A stretch of DNA of 64,000 nucleotides from a virus (taxonomy: Duplodnaviria > Caudoviricetes): the IMG/VR virus record IMGVR_UViG_3300010429_002123; one strand, 5' to 3'. The position numbers were made by a program, and so were the translations under genes. Shown piece by piece: positions 9,662 to 18,973 of the stretch. Positions within the stretch are counted from its first letter, which is position 1; the number at the start of each line of letters is the position of its first letter. Under the pieces are notes generated by a model. That model was not told where the DNA came from. It ran no database searches and saw nothing but the letters and a program-made list of their open reading frames with translations.

Positions 9662-9750
9662 TGTAACGTGGGATATGCTAGTATACAGACAGAGAAAGGA
9701 TTTCTATTACTATGGAAAGGATTTCTATTACTATGGAAAGGAAAAAAACC

Positions 9751-10608
9751 ATGAAAGAATACTACGAAAACAAAAACTGGGTCTTTTGTCTGGAGACAGA
9801 GGAAGAAACCTGGGGGGCTACTTTCTATCTGGAAAAACCCGTCACTGTAAAGACAGGGGTGACAAGACTTCTGGAATTTCTCTTCTGGGCGGAGCGTACA
9901 AAAAAGATAGTTCTCCCGAAAGAAAAACCGGAACTTAAAATAAGCAAAGTTCTTACTGATAATGGTAGAAAAATTGACTATTATAGTCTGGAAAAATCCA
10001 AACCACAGTATCAGCGTGTCCTGGAAACCCTGGTAATAAGAGAGAAAAAACCAGAAAAAACTATAAAAAAACCACTCTTCTTCGTTGAGAAACCCACGGC
10101 AGAATCAAACGGAATAACGACAAGTCTGTCCGTCACCCCGGAGACTTTCTGGGGAGTCGTTTATGCCTGCGAGGGAGTTTTGTGTAAGGTCAGGGAGTTT
10201 ACTCCCGTGAAAAACCTCGCTGTTGAAATACCTGTAGGGTGTTCAAAGATATTTATGTCCCCGGATTTCTCTTTCTTCCTGTGGGGAGGAGCCAAAAAAA
10301 TTCATGAGGTTAAGATGGGCAGTCCTTACCTGTTTAAGGGACAGGACGCTTCACTCCTGATAAACTCCCTGCTTAAAATAAAAAAGACCTTGCTTCATTA
10401 TGGAATTGTCACAGAAAAAGTCTCGACTGTAATAGGGGGCGAAGAAGAGATATGTCTAACTTTTCATCACAGGCCGAAGGCCGTGGCTGACTCGAAAACT
10501 GTTAGGAAAGCTCTTTTAGGAGACGAGGAAGAAGGGTGGTCTGATGAAGAGGGCACGCCACACCTTCCTACACTTGATTCTGTCTTTAGTTCTGATTACT
10601 CCCTCTGA
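9751..10608 (+). CDS. hypothetical protein, paralog of 8599
   Basis: shared motifs; preceded by two GGA hairpin units. Confidence 0.65.
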   Translation: MKEYYENKNWVFCLETEEETWGATFYLEKPVTVKTGVTRLLEFLFWAERTKKIVLPKEKPELKISKVLTDNGRKIDYYSLEKSKPQYQRVLETLVIREKKPEKTIKKPLFFVEKPTAESNGITTSLSVTPETFWGVVYACEGVLCKVREFTPVKNLAVEIPVGCSKIFMSPDFSFFLWGGAKKIHEVKMGSPYLFKGQDASLLINSLLKIKKTLLHYGIVTEKVSTVIGGEEEICLTFHHRPKAVADSKTVRKALLGDEEEGWSDEEGTPHLPTLDSVFSSDYSL

Positions 10609-10721
10609 CCAAAAAACTTTGTTAACTAATTTTTACAAAAAGTATTGACAACTTGAATTCTCCGTAGTATACTAGGAGTATAGAAAGCAGGCGAAAAATC
10701 TGTCACTGAGGAGGAAAAAAC

Positions 10722-10934
10722 GTGAGAAAGAATCTAGAGGAAACCTGGGAGAACTTCACCGAAGACGAAGACTCTCTCAGGAAAGAAGCAGAGTCTGAGG
10801 CAAAGTATGAGGCTGAAAGGAAAGCATCGGGGTGTCCGGGTTATGAAGAGTGTGAAGACCCGGATTGCAAATATTGCAACGCCGACTACAATTCCGAGAT
10901 GATGGAAATCACCTCGGACTGGAACTGGAGGTAA
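10722..10934 (+). CDS. small acidic Cys-containing protein
   Basis: GAGGAGG RBS, GTG start, directly behind a conserved promoter. Confidence 0.55.
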   Translation: MRKNLEETWENFTEDEDSLRKEAESEAKYEAERKASGCPGYEECEDPDCKYCNADYNSEMMEITSDWNWR

Positions 10935-11129
10935 GGCGTATGCTTCACAAGAGGCCGTGTAAGTGTAAGAGATGTCATGAAAGAAAAATACGAAACAGAT
11001 TCTTTGGCCACCTGTTAAAAGCCTGTTTCTTACTTTTACAAGCCCTATGGGTCAAAAGAAAAAAGTCTCAAAGAGGAGGAGGTATTACCCGGCAGATTGT
11101 CTCTATCAGGATGAATGAGGAGGAGAAAA

Positions 11130-11921
11130 ATGCAAAAGAAAATAGCCTTCGGGTGGTACGGAGGAAAATTTAGTCATCTAGCGTGGCTACTTCCTCTGCT
11201 ACCACCCTCTACTCATTATTGTGAACCTTTCGGAGGTTCTGGTGCTGTCATTATAAACAAGAGTCCATCCCCCGTCGAAACTTACAACGACCTTGACAGC
11301 GAGGTAGTAAATTTCTTTCGAGTTCTCCGAGAACAAGCTGACGAACTTATTAAGTTGATAAGTCTCACCCCCTTTTCTCGGGAAGAGTTTAAAAACTCGC
11401 TAAAGTCCGAGTACCCGTCGAACGTGGAGAGGGCGAGAAACTTCTATGTAAGAGCAAGACAGGTTAGAACCGGGTTAGTACAAAAAGCCAGTGAGGGGAG
11501 GTGGGCACATCATAAACTGACCAGTCGGAAAAATATGGCCGGGGGAGTATCAAGATGGCTTGGGTCTTTACCCGGTTTAGTAGCAATTTCCGAGCGGTTA
11601 CTTCGAGTACAAATAGAACATGCACCAGCAGTAGAAGTAATTAGAAGATATGACAGCAACGAAACACTGTTTTACTGTGACCCTCCTTACCCACACGAGT
11701 CCAGAAAGGACTCCAAAGCCTATTTTTTCGAAATGTTTGAAAAAGACCACAGGGACCTGGCTGAAGTCTTGTCAAAAGTCGAAGGAAAAGTTGCTCTGTC
11801 TGGGTACAGGTGTGATTTACTTCTTTCCCTATACAAAGGCTGGAAAATACACGAAGCTCCTGTCAAAAAGTGTCCCTCTGTAAAGAAAGACCGACAGGAG
11901 CTCCTATGGACAAACTATTAG
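11130..11921 (+). CDS. DNA adenine methyltransferase (Dam/D12 class)
   Basis: WYGGK, EPFGGSG, YNDLD, YCDPPY, ELLWTNY. Confidence 0.92.
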   Translation: MQKKIAFGWYGGKFSHLAWLLPLLPPSTHYCEPFGGSGAVIINKSPSPVETYNDLDSEVVNFFRVLREQADELIKLISLTPFSREEFKNSLKSEYPSNVERARNFYVRARQVRTGLVQKASEGRWAHHKLTSRKNMAGGVSRWLGSLPGLVAISERLLRVQIEHAPAVEVIRRYDSNETLFYCDPPYPHESRKDSKAYFFEMFEKDHRDLAEVLSKVEGKVALSGYRCDLLLSLYKGWKIHEAPVKKCPSVKKDRQELLWTNY

Positions 11922-12016
11922 TTCTGTTACTAAATGTTTGCTGAGAAATTATCCAGTAATTTCCTAGAAAAGAAAGACTCTGGACTTGTCTCCAGAGTCT
12001 TTTTGATTCTCTTCGC

Positions 12017-12307
12017 TTAGGGTGTGAGAAGGCACCCTGGTAAACTGTCGGTATAAAATACCTCGCCTGTGTCTCTAAACTCCACATCACACCGGGATAG
12101 AACCTCCCTAAACTCCTCTAAGGCTTTAATAAAACCATGTCTTTCCGCGTATTCCTCGGCGGACTTAAGGGGCTGGGGGGCTAGAGCCCTCTTAATTTTA
12201 CCATCAATCATTGTTACAAGGTTACTTTTAAACCTGCTCAGTTTCTCTCCGCAACATCGTGGTATCTGTTTTGTGTATTTAGAAACGGGTGTTGGTGTGT
12301 GAGACAT
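12017..12307 (-). CDS. hypothetical protein
   Basis: 96-aa ORF directly downstream of 12326-14278 on the same strand. Confidence 0.45.
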   Translation of the reverse strand: MSHTPTPVSKYTKQIPRCCGEKLSRFKSNLVTMIDGKIKRALAPQPLKSAEEYAERHGFIKALEEFREVLSRCDVEFRDTGEVFYTDSLPGCLLTP

Positions 12308-12325
12308 GACTGTATCCCCTTCCGT

Positions 12326-14278
12326 TTAAAGAGCATCAAAGTTTATATCACAGAGCATATATCTTCTCTTTTTGAACTTCACAGACCAGCTACTACCGTG
12401 TACGTGCAGAGTAAAGGGCTTTTCAAAAACCTCAGGGTTGGAAAAGTCTACTTGAGAACACAGGAAGTCTTCCAACAAGGGGAGGCTCTCTCTGGACAGG
12501 CGGTTCATTTCTACGATTTCCTGCCCCATATCAACTTTTATCATGTAGGTCATGAGCTTATCGTAATGTTCTTTATAAGGGAACATTGTTTGAAGTTCCT
12601 GCTTTGAGTGCTTCCCCTGCAGGAGCTTTATCACCTGGAAGGGAAGAATTTCCGGCATGGCTTTTCTGAGTTCCTCAAGGTTCTCCGCTGGTAGTTTCCA
12701 GTTAGAAACCACTTTTAACTTGGACACTACGTCATGCTGAGGAACTGTCTGGGTTTTAAGTTCCAGCTCCTTTGCTATGGCTATTACAAGTCTGTTGTGG
12801 GGTTGCCCGGAAACTCCATGATAGAGGCCAAGTCTTCCAGCGACTGTGTAGGCGTTCAGCCATTCATTAGTAACGGGTAGCACTATTGGAAGGTCTACTC
12901 CTATCTGAGAGTATAAATATTGTTTCACAAAAAGGATATTTTCTTTGTCCATACCCGTTTCTTCAAGGTTTAATGAGGAGATGGCTCTTGTAACAGAGTT
13001 AAGACACTCTGCTCTTTCCTGCACAGTAAGTTTACTTTTCCATGCGAGAGCAGTTTCCTGTCCTCTTCTCTTGAATTCTTCTGCCAGCATTCTTGTGGGG
13101 ACATACTTGTCAGCCAGGTATCTTCGGATAGCTTTTCCGAGGGTTCCCTTTGACCACAAAAAATAGGCATTCACTCCGGCCAGGGAGAAAACGGTTAGCT
13201 GAGGTGAAAAAATAACTGTATTTAAAAGAGAGGCAGAGGTTGTAGATTTAAACTCCACAGCCTTTTTAAATTCAGCCAGGTCTTCGCCACGCAAGGTTCT
13301 GTAATCATGATTTTCGAGAGCCTCACCGCTGGAGATAAAGTTTGACACCGAGCTTCTGGGAAAAGCGACTTCTCCGAGGGCGGCTATGTGACTTCCTACC
13401 CACCAATCAGTTTCTTGAAAACGAATCGGAGAAAGTTCTGCCGGGTCAAACGGAAGAGTCCCCACAGGTTGCAGACTTGTCTGAGGGGTAGGCTCAGGAC
13501 TTTCCTGAATTGGATTTTCAGGTGTTTTAGGTTCTTCTTTAGGTTCAGTTTTTTCTTCTACTTTAGGTTCTGCGGGAAGTTCTACTTTAGGCTCTGCGGG
13601 AAGTTCTACTTTAGGCTCTGCCTCTATCGGTTGTTCCGTCTGGACTTCTTCACGGACTTCTGGGGTTACTGCCTTCCTTTGGACAAGCATTTCGGCCAGA
13701 CTCAGGGAGGGAGCCTCCTGTTCTTTAACAGGGGGTTTGTCTTCTTTTGCCTTCTTTAACTTACGCTGGGCTGACTTTGACTTTGCAAACTTTGTAAAGT
13801 CCTCACCTAAAATGTCGTTTAGTTTTTCCAATGTGCCGAAAGAGGGGACAATATCTTTATCAAGCCAGGCAGTCACAGCCTGCGGGGTAAACTCCAGTTC
13901 AAAAGCTACAAACTGGGGACTTAAATTCAGCTTCTTCATTGCTCTTCTGAGGGTTGAGGCAAAAAGAGTTTCACCTTTTCTTTCGGTGTAGTAAGTTTCT
14001 ACAGGCACTCTGGTTGAAAACCAGTTCTTTTTGTAAAACTCTCTTTCCGGGACTTCGAGAGCTTCAGAAATTATCTTTACCGTACCTCCCGTAGGAAGTA
14101 TGTCACCCTTTAAGTATTGCTTCATAGTGGAGTCAGAGACATCACACTTTATAGCCAGACTTCTCATCACCATCGAGTGAGTTTCCATGTAAAATTCCAA
14201 TAAATAAGGGAATGTGGTTATAGGTTCATACCATTCCCCCGGCTTTTTTGTCATGTTTTCCATTACTACGTTCTCCAT
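12326..14278 (-). CDS. multi-domain regulator: two XRE-type HTH domains, Pro/Glu-rich linker, antirepressor-like C-terminus
   Basis: LAIKCDVSDSTMKQYLKG..P and VAFELEFTPQAVTAWL...P HTH patterns; AEPKVELP repeats. Confidence 0.6.
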   Translation of the reverse strand: MENVVMENMTKKPGEWYEPITTFPYLLEFYMETHSMVMRSLAIKCDVSDSTMKQYLKGDILPTGGTVKIISEALEVPEREFYKKNWFSTRVPVETYYTERKGETLFASTLRRAMKKLNLSPQFVAFELEFTPQAVTAWLDKDIVPSFGTLEKLNDILGEDFTKFAKSKSAQRKLKKAKEDKPPVKEQEAPSLSLAEMLVQRKAVTPEVREEVQTEQPIEAEPKVELPAEPKVELPAEPKVEEKTEPKEEPKTPENPIQESPEPTPQTSLQPVGTLPFDPAELSPIRFQETDWWVGSHIAALGEVAFPRSSVSNFISSGEALENHDYRTLRGEDLAEFKKAVEFKSTTSASLLNTVIFSPQLTVFSLAGVNAYFLWSKGTLGKAIRRYLADKYVPTRMLAEEFKRRGQETALAWKSKLTVQERAECLNSVTRAISSLNLEETGMDKENILFVKQYLYSQIGVDLPIVLPVTNEWLNAYTVAGRLGLYHGVSGQPHNRLVIAIAKELELKTQTVPQHDVVSKLKVVSNWKLPAENLEELRKAMPEILPFQVIKLLQGKHSKQELQTMFPYKEHYDKLMTYMIKVDMGQEIVEMNRLSRESLPLLEDFLCSQVDFSNPEVFEKPFTLHVHGSSWSVKFKKRRYMLCDINFDAL

Positions 14279-14342
14279 AATTCTCGTCCTTTCACTTCTA
14301 CAATTTTCTTTCTAACCTTTCCGATTAAAAACCGGCGATTAC

Positions 14343-14504
14343 CTTTCCATCTAAACATGTTTCTTCGGAAACCTGGTCTGGAATTTTGTGACCCTCTATT
14401 ATACTTGCTTTACCTCTAACCATGTTTCTTCGGAAACGCAGTAAGGCTGTTTGGTTCATTCAAGGACATCACCGCTTCCCATCTAACCATGTTTCTTCGG
14501 AAAC
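14343..14504 (-). CRISPR. orphan CRISPR mini-array: 3 x 30-bp repeats, 2 spacers (35 and 37 bp)
   Basis: repeats at 14343-14372, 14408-14437, 14475-14504; minus-strand form GTTTCCGAAGAAACATGGTTAGATGG(G/A)AAG with a few variants. Confidence 0.8.
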
Positions 14505-14647
14505 CAGTTAGTTTGGCTTAATGACTCACTTTCTATAAGCTGAAAGTTTTGTAAGCCCTGACCCAGAAACTTCTAAAAAGAAGTTGACTCCAAGTCCACG
14601 ACTGGATTTATCGTGATTCTCACCTTTACGTCGGTGATTATGTTTAC

Positions 14648-14676
14648 ATGTTAGCATGCCACATCGAAGATGTCAA
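14648..14676 (-). promoter_or_regulatory. leftward promoter facing the mini-array and HTH gene
   Basis: minus strand TTGACA-17 bp-TAACAT with extended TG. Confidence 0.55.
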
Positions 14677-14771
14677 GCCAATTTATAAAAAACCTATTGA
14701 AAGATGCTTAAATTTATGCTACACTAAGGTAATGACAAATAAAAAAGACAGAAAAGAACGGAGTTTCACCC

Positions 14772-15593
14772 ATGCAAGAACCCTTAAAAGAAAAATCTAA
14801 AGTACAAAAGTTTGAAATACAGCAAATAAACAGAGCGGATATAAAAAACGCTCCTTATAACCCTAGAAAAATATCAAAACATGCCAAGAGAAAACTAAAA
14901 GATAACCTCGAAAGAGTGGGTCTCTTAGAACCCGTGGTAATAAACAAAAACACAGGAAACCTTGTGTCAGGTCATCAACGCCTGGCGTGTATAGATATAA
15001 TAGAAGGTTCCCCCGGATACTCTCTGGACGTCAGTCTGGTTAATCTAACCGAGCAGGAAGAAAAAGAGCAAAACATCTTCTTTAATAATACCTTTGTCAT
15101 GGGAGACTGGGACTTAGAAGTGCTCTCTACCATGTTCAAAGACCCGGACTTTTCTATAGAAAAAACTGGATTTGACAAACTGGACTTGCAGATTGTCTTT
15201 CCCGAACTTGTGCCCACAGAACAAAATCTGTTCGCCACGGAAAATATGCCGGAGGAGACAAAGGAAGACTTAAAAGAAATATCTCGTATGAAAGAGGAAA
15301 GAAAAAAGCACAAAGAAAAAGTAAGAAAAAGAGACGACACAGAGTTTTATCTGGTGGCTGTCTTTGCGAGCAGAGAGAGAAAAGAAGAGTTTCTGATGAG
15401 TATAGACTATGACCCAACTATGAAGTATGTTGACGGAGAGATTTTGTTCACCGCTGTAGACCCGATGGTAAAAGCTGAAAGACTCTCCGAACAAAAAGAG
15501 ACTGACAGAAAAATGACACAGGAACAGTACGAAGCACTTGTTAACTCCGTCGAAGAACCTGCGAGAGAAGAAGCAACAGTTGAAGAGTATTAG
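14772..15593 (+). CDS. ParB/Srx-like nuclease domain protein
   Basis: APYNPRKI, GLLEPVVINKNTGNLVSGHQRL, GDWD. Confidence 0.85.
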   Translation: MQEPLKEKSKVQKFEIQQINRADIKNAPYNPRKISKHAKRKLKDNLERVGLLEPVVINKNTGNLVSGHQRLACIDIIEGSPGYSLDVSLVNLTEQEEKEQNIFFNNTFVMGDWDLEVLSTMFKDPDFSIEKTGFDKLDLQIVFPELVPTEQNLFATENMPEETKEDLKEISRMKEERKKHKEKVRKRDDTEFYLVAVFASRERKEEFLMSIDYDPTMKYVDGEILFTAVDPMVKAERLSEQKETDRKMTQEQYEALVNSVEEPAREEATVEEY

Positions 15594-15610
15594 AGAGAGG
15601 TGTATTACCT

Positions 15611-15934
15611 ATGAAACCTGTAGGGGAACTCAAGGCTCCAGCCGGAAAAAACACAAGACATCTATTTAATAACAGAATCTGGACAGGAATAAACTTCCAG
15701 GTAAACTGTGACCCTAAAAGTTATGATGAAAAAATAGTTCTCATTTACGGTTTAGAGGATACTCAGTTCTCTTCTTCTCTTTTCCGGGCACTCTCCGAAA
15801 TGAAAGAAGACAGTTTATTTATAGCTGTAAGCAGAAGAAAAACGTGGGACGTGTATAAGATAGACAGGTTCGAGTTTTCCCCCGACGGACAGCACATAGT
15901 CTTAAGGGGAAAACTCGCCAACTGGGATTTATAA
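15611..15934 (+). CDS. hypothetical protein (weak paralog of 23922)
   Basis: GAGGTG RBS; similar NN...YD...LIY...FIAV...W pattern. Confidence 0.5.
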   Translation: MKPVGELKAPAGKNTRHLFNNRIWTGINFQVNCDPKSYDEKIVLIYGLEDTQFSSSLFRALSEMKEDSLFIAVSRRKTWDVYKIDRFEFSPDGQHIVLRGKLANWDL

Positions 15935-15936
15935 AT

Positions 15937-16254
15937 TCAGGAAAAAGATGTCTCTGTAATGACTGGGGTAGTCATGGGAAGAAGGTCTTTCGGTCTGAAA
16001 TTCCAACAGTCCAGGTGGTCTTCTTCTGTTCCTATACGTAAGTCATCAAACAGGACTTTAATGGGATAACTAAAACCTTTCGTAACCTCCTGCACGGTGC
16101 CAAGTTCGTTGTTAAAAAAGACAAAATCTACCATGTGTGAGATAACCATTACTCTTGTTCCCACGGGAAACATATCTACCGTGTTGTTAACTGTCTCGTA
16201 TTTCTTTCTGTCAAGTTCACTCGCCTCTCCCAGACTTATACTTTTCTTACTCAT
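15937..16254 (-). CDS. hypothetical protein, possibly SH3-like
   Basis: FPVGTRV...GTV...YPIKVLFDD pattern; GAGAGGAGG RBS. Confidence 0.45.
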   Translation of the reverse strand: MSKKSISLGEASELDRKKYETVNNTVDMFPVGTRVMVISHMVDFVFFNNELGTVQEVTKGFSYPIKVLFDDLRIGTEEDHLDCWNFRPKDLLPMTTPVITETSFS

Positions 16255-16255
16255 G

Positions 16256-16642
16256 TTATACCTCCTCTCTTTCCGGGGGGATTGGCCATATCTTTGGAAT
16301 ACCACCCCCACAGGAAAATGCAGAATCTTCAGTGGGTTCTGCTAACCCTTTTTTATTACGCCCAAGATACTCTTTTCTAAACTTAATAAAATAAATATTA
16401 GAGGCTTGCTTACCTCCCACCCTACGATGTCTTGTCAGAAGGTATCCCTTCTCTTCCAGAGACTTAAGGATTTTTAAAAGGGTTGTCTTTGACATTTTGA
16501 ACATTTCTGCGTAAGATTTCAAGTTTGGGGGTTTGCAGACACCCTTTTCATTATAAGAAAAAAGAGAGGTCATCACACCCACCTCCTCAAGGGTTAAACC
16601 CCCCTCTGCTAAGCTATTAGGTACGTAAAAAACATCTTTCAT
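16256..16642 (-). CDS. winged-helix protein of phage replication-initiator N-terminal type (HTH_36-like)
   Basis: FYVPN, MSKTTLLKILKSLEEKGYL, SNIY; AGGAGG RBS. Confidence 0.75.
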   Translation of the reverse strand: MKDVFYVPNSLAEGGLTLEEVGVMTSLFSYNEKGVCKPPNLKSYAEMFKMSKTTLLKILKSLEEKGYLLTRHRRVGGKQASNIYFIKFRKEYLGRNKKGLAEPTEDSAFSCGGGIPKIWPIPPEREEV

Positions 16643-16658
16643 GCGTATGTTCCTCCTT

Positions 16659-17219
16659 CTAAAATTCATTTTCGTTTTCTATTACGATTTCTTCGGCAGT
16701 CTTTGGGAGGTCAAATCTGTTTTTTATTATAGAAATAGTATAGGCTATTTTATCCCGTATGCCTCTCCGTTTGTTACGAGGGTCGCCGAGGGTTATCTTA
16801 AAAGCCTGTTCAAGCACTTCCTGGGGGGAAGTTTCCGGGTATAACTTTTTGTATTTAACGGCTGTATTATATAAGGTTCGAAACTCGCTTTCCTTCAAAT
16901 GTTTCTGAAGAAACTCTGAGGGGGTTGGGTATATGGTGCTTTCCCAGTCCAGTATCGTATACTTATTAGAAGTTTGTCTCCCTCTTACCCATCTTTTCTC
17001 TGCTTGAATGTATCCTTTCTTTTCGAGGGAATGTAAAATTGCTCTTAGCTTGCGTTCACTTATGAACAACTCTTCGCTGAGAGTTTCTATTTTTGGCCAG
17101 CAGTATTTTTTGTTTCTGGAGTAAGTATAGAGAGACAACATTACCAAGATTTCAAAAGGGAGCAGGTCTTTCTTTCTATTTTTGCTCAGACTATTAGGCA
17201 CGATGGTAAAATCTTTCAA
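16659..17219 (-). CDS. replication-initiator-like winged-helix protein (HTH_36-like)
   Basis: FTIVPN, CWPKIETLSEEL.ISERKLRAILHSLEKKGYI, SNKY. Confidence 0.8.
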   Translation of the reverse strand: MKDFTIVPNSLSKNRKKDLLPFEILVMLSLYTYSRNKKYCWPKIETLSEELFISERKLRAILHSLEKKGYIQAEKRWVRGRQTSNKYTILDWESTIYPTPSEFLQKHLKESEFRTLYNTAVKYKKLYPETSPQEVLEQAFKITLGDPRNKRRGIRDKIAYTISIIKNRFDLPKTAEEIVIENENEF

Positions 17220-17453
17220 ATATTCTCACCTCGCTTGACAAGTCCCGCTTGGTATGTTACCTTATAGGTGTTATTTAAAGCTCTCTGCCTCTGGGCTTCT
17301 AGCTCTTTGGCCGAGAGTTTCTATTTTTTAAAACTTGTCATTTTTTTATAGTCTACTTCAAAACAATCCTCTTGTCAATAACCCACAATAAAGAGATTAC
17401 CGTGCTTTTCGCTTTATCTTCAAAACCGAGCAAGTGCCTGCATCCAAAGAAAA

Positions 17454-17813
17454 TATAGACTGCATATCGTGCAGTCTATAAAAACCCGTAAGTAGCGGGG
17501 CTAACCTTGCTTTTTTCTCCCCCATTTTCAAAAATAGACTGCACGCCGTGCAGTCTATAAGAATGGCGGTATATATAGGTTTTCCTTCTTTTTAGGGCTT
17601 TTTTAGCCTATTATAGACTGCATATCGTGCAGTCTATAATGCCATTATAGACTGCATATCGTGCAGTCTATATGTCAAAATAGACTGCATATCGTGCAGT
17701 CTATAAAAAGTAAAAAGTAAAAAATGTTTTGTAAAAATTAGTAAAGAGAAACCGTTACGGTGTAAGGAGAAGAACTCTCTTTTTATAAAAATATAGACTG
17801 CACGCTGTGCACC
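17454..17813. repeat. six palindromic TATAGACTGCA-N5-TGCAGTCTATA sites (iteron/operator-like)
   Basis: copies at 17454, 17534, 17612, 17646, 17680 and a degenerate one at 17792. Confidence 0.9.
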
Positions 17814-18100
17814 CTAAGGATAATTAAAAAGAATAAATGAAAAAGATTCTAAAAAGAAGCAATGATAATTGAATAAAACATTGATTCAAGAATAAGAACA
17901 CATTGTGAGAGGGGGGAAAATTTTTTTCGGGAACCCGATACCCACCCCGTGCCCCCGCATAAGGGTAGGGGAGCAACTCGCGTCAAATGCTGGAGGTGCT
18001 GACAAAGTTAACTTATTTTTACAAAAAGTATTGACATTTACAAAACACTGTAGTATACTGATTGTAGTGAAAGAAACAAAACTGAATGGAGGAACGTAAA

Positions 18101-18313
18101 ATGTTTGAAGAAGAAAGAGAAAATAGATTTAAAGATGAGAGAACCTGTGCGTGTGGTCTTCCCACACGCAAAAGGGAAGAATACACCAATCACCTGGTGG
18201 GAAAAACCGAACACACCGGCCTCTATGAGTGTCAGTGTGGCCAGACCACCGTGGTAACTGAAACTTTAGACGCGACAAGAGAAAGAAAGGTCTCTGTAGA
18301 GACCATAGAATAA
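18101..18313 (+). CDS. small Zn-ribbon protein
   Basis: CACG...CQCG; GGAGG RBS; behind conserved promoter 18016. Confidence 0.6.
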   Translation: MFEEERENRFKDERTCACGLPTRKREEYTNHLVGKTEHTGLYECQCGQTTVVTETLDATRERKVSVETIE

Positions 18314-18377
18314 AAAGAAGGGCTTTCGCCCTTTCTTAGTTTGGAGGAAAAAACATGAATAAAAGGGGGAAATGTAA

Positions 18378-18845
18378 ATGAGATACTTCGCAAAGTTTGA
18401 ACTCGGAACAGAGAACGTCCTTTCTGAAATGGGAGGACAATTTGAAATAGTGGCAGAAACCGCCACGTGTGTTGTGTTCGACCTTGAAAACGAAATGTCA
18501 GGTCTGCAGGAACAGAATCTTAACGCAAAAGCTGGAGTTCTGGAATACGGGCAGAACCCGGACGAGATTACTCTTTACTTCAACCTTGATGAAAAGGCTG
18601 AGGAACCATCAGAAGTAACAGGGAGTGAGGACTTCTCAAGTGAAGACCTGATAGAAAGAGGTGTGTGGTCTCAAGAAGACAGGGCTTATAAAGTTCTGTT
18701 CACCCGTGAGCCTGACTTTTTCTGTGAGTGCGGAGGATTTTCCTATGGTTGGGGCGCCTCAATGTGTCCGGTGTGCTTTTCAAAAAATCTTCTCCGTGAC
18801 TCCAGGATAAAGAACTTCTGGTTTGAAGGGCTACAAAATATATAG
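18378..18845 (+). CDS. hypothetical acidic protein with C-terminal Zn ribbon
   Basis: CECG...CPVC; AAGGGG RBS. Confidence 0.55.
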   Translation: MRYFAKFELGTENVLSEMGGQFEIVAETATCVVFDLENEMSGLQEQNLNAKAGVLEYGQNPDEITLYFNLDEKAEEPSEVTGSEDFSSEDLIERGVWSQEDRAYKVLFTREPDFFCECGGFSYGWGASMCPVCFSKNLLRDSRIKNFWFEGLQNI

Positions 18846-18973
18846 CCATTTTTTACAAAAAGTATTGACAACTGCTACCCACACGTGGTATAATATAAAA
18901 AGTGAAAGAAACAAAAAGGATTTTTGTTGACACAAAAAGGATTTTTGTTGACACAAAAAGGAGGAGAACGTAT

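Noticed and set aside
14541-14570. Possible fourth mini-array repeat in phase, ending GAAAC
   Set aside because: Only the last 5 nt match; treated as leader
17454-17813. Palindromic repeats as a CRISPR array
   Set aside because: Spacing is irregular (about 7-85 bp), the units are near-perfect palindromes and have no handle-like ends
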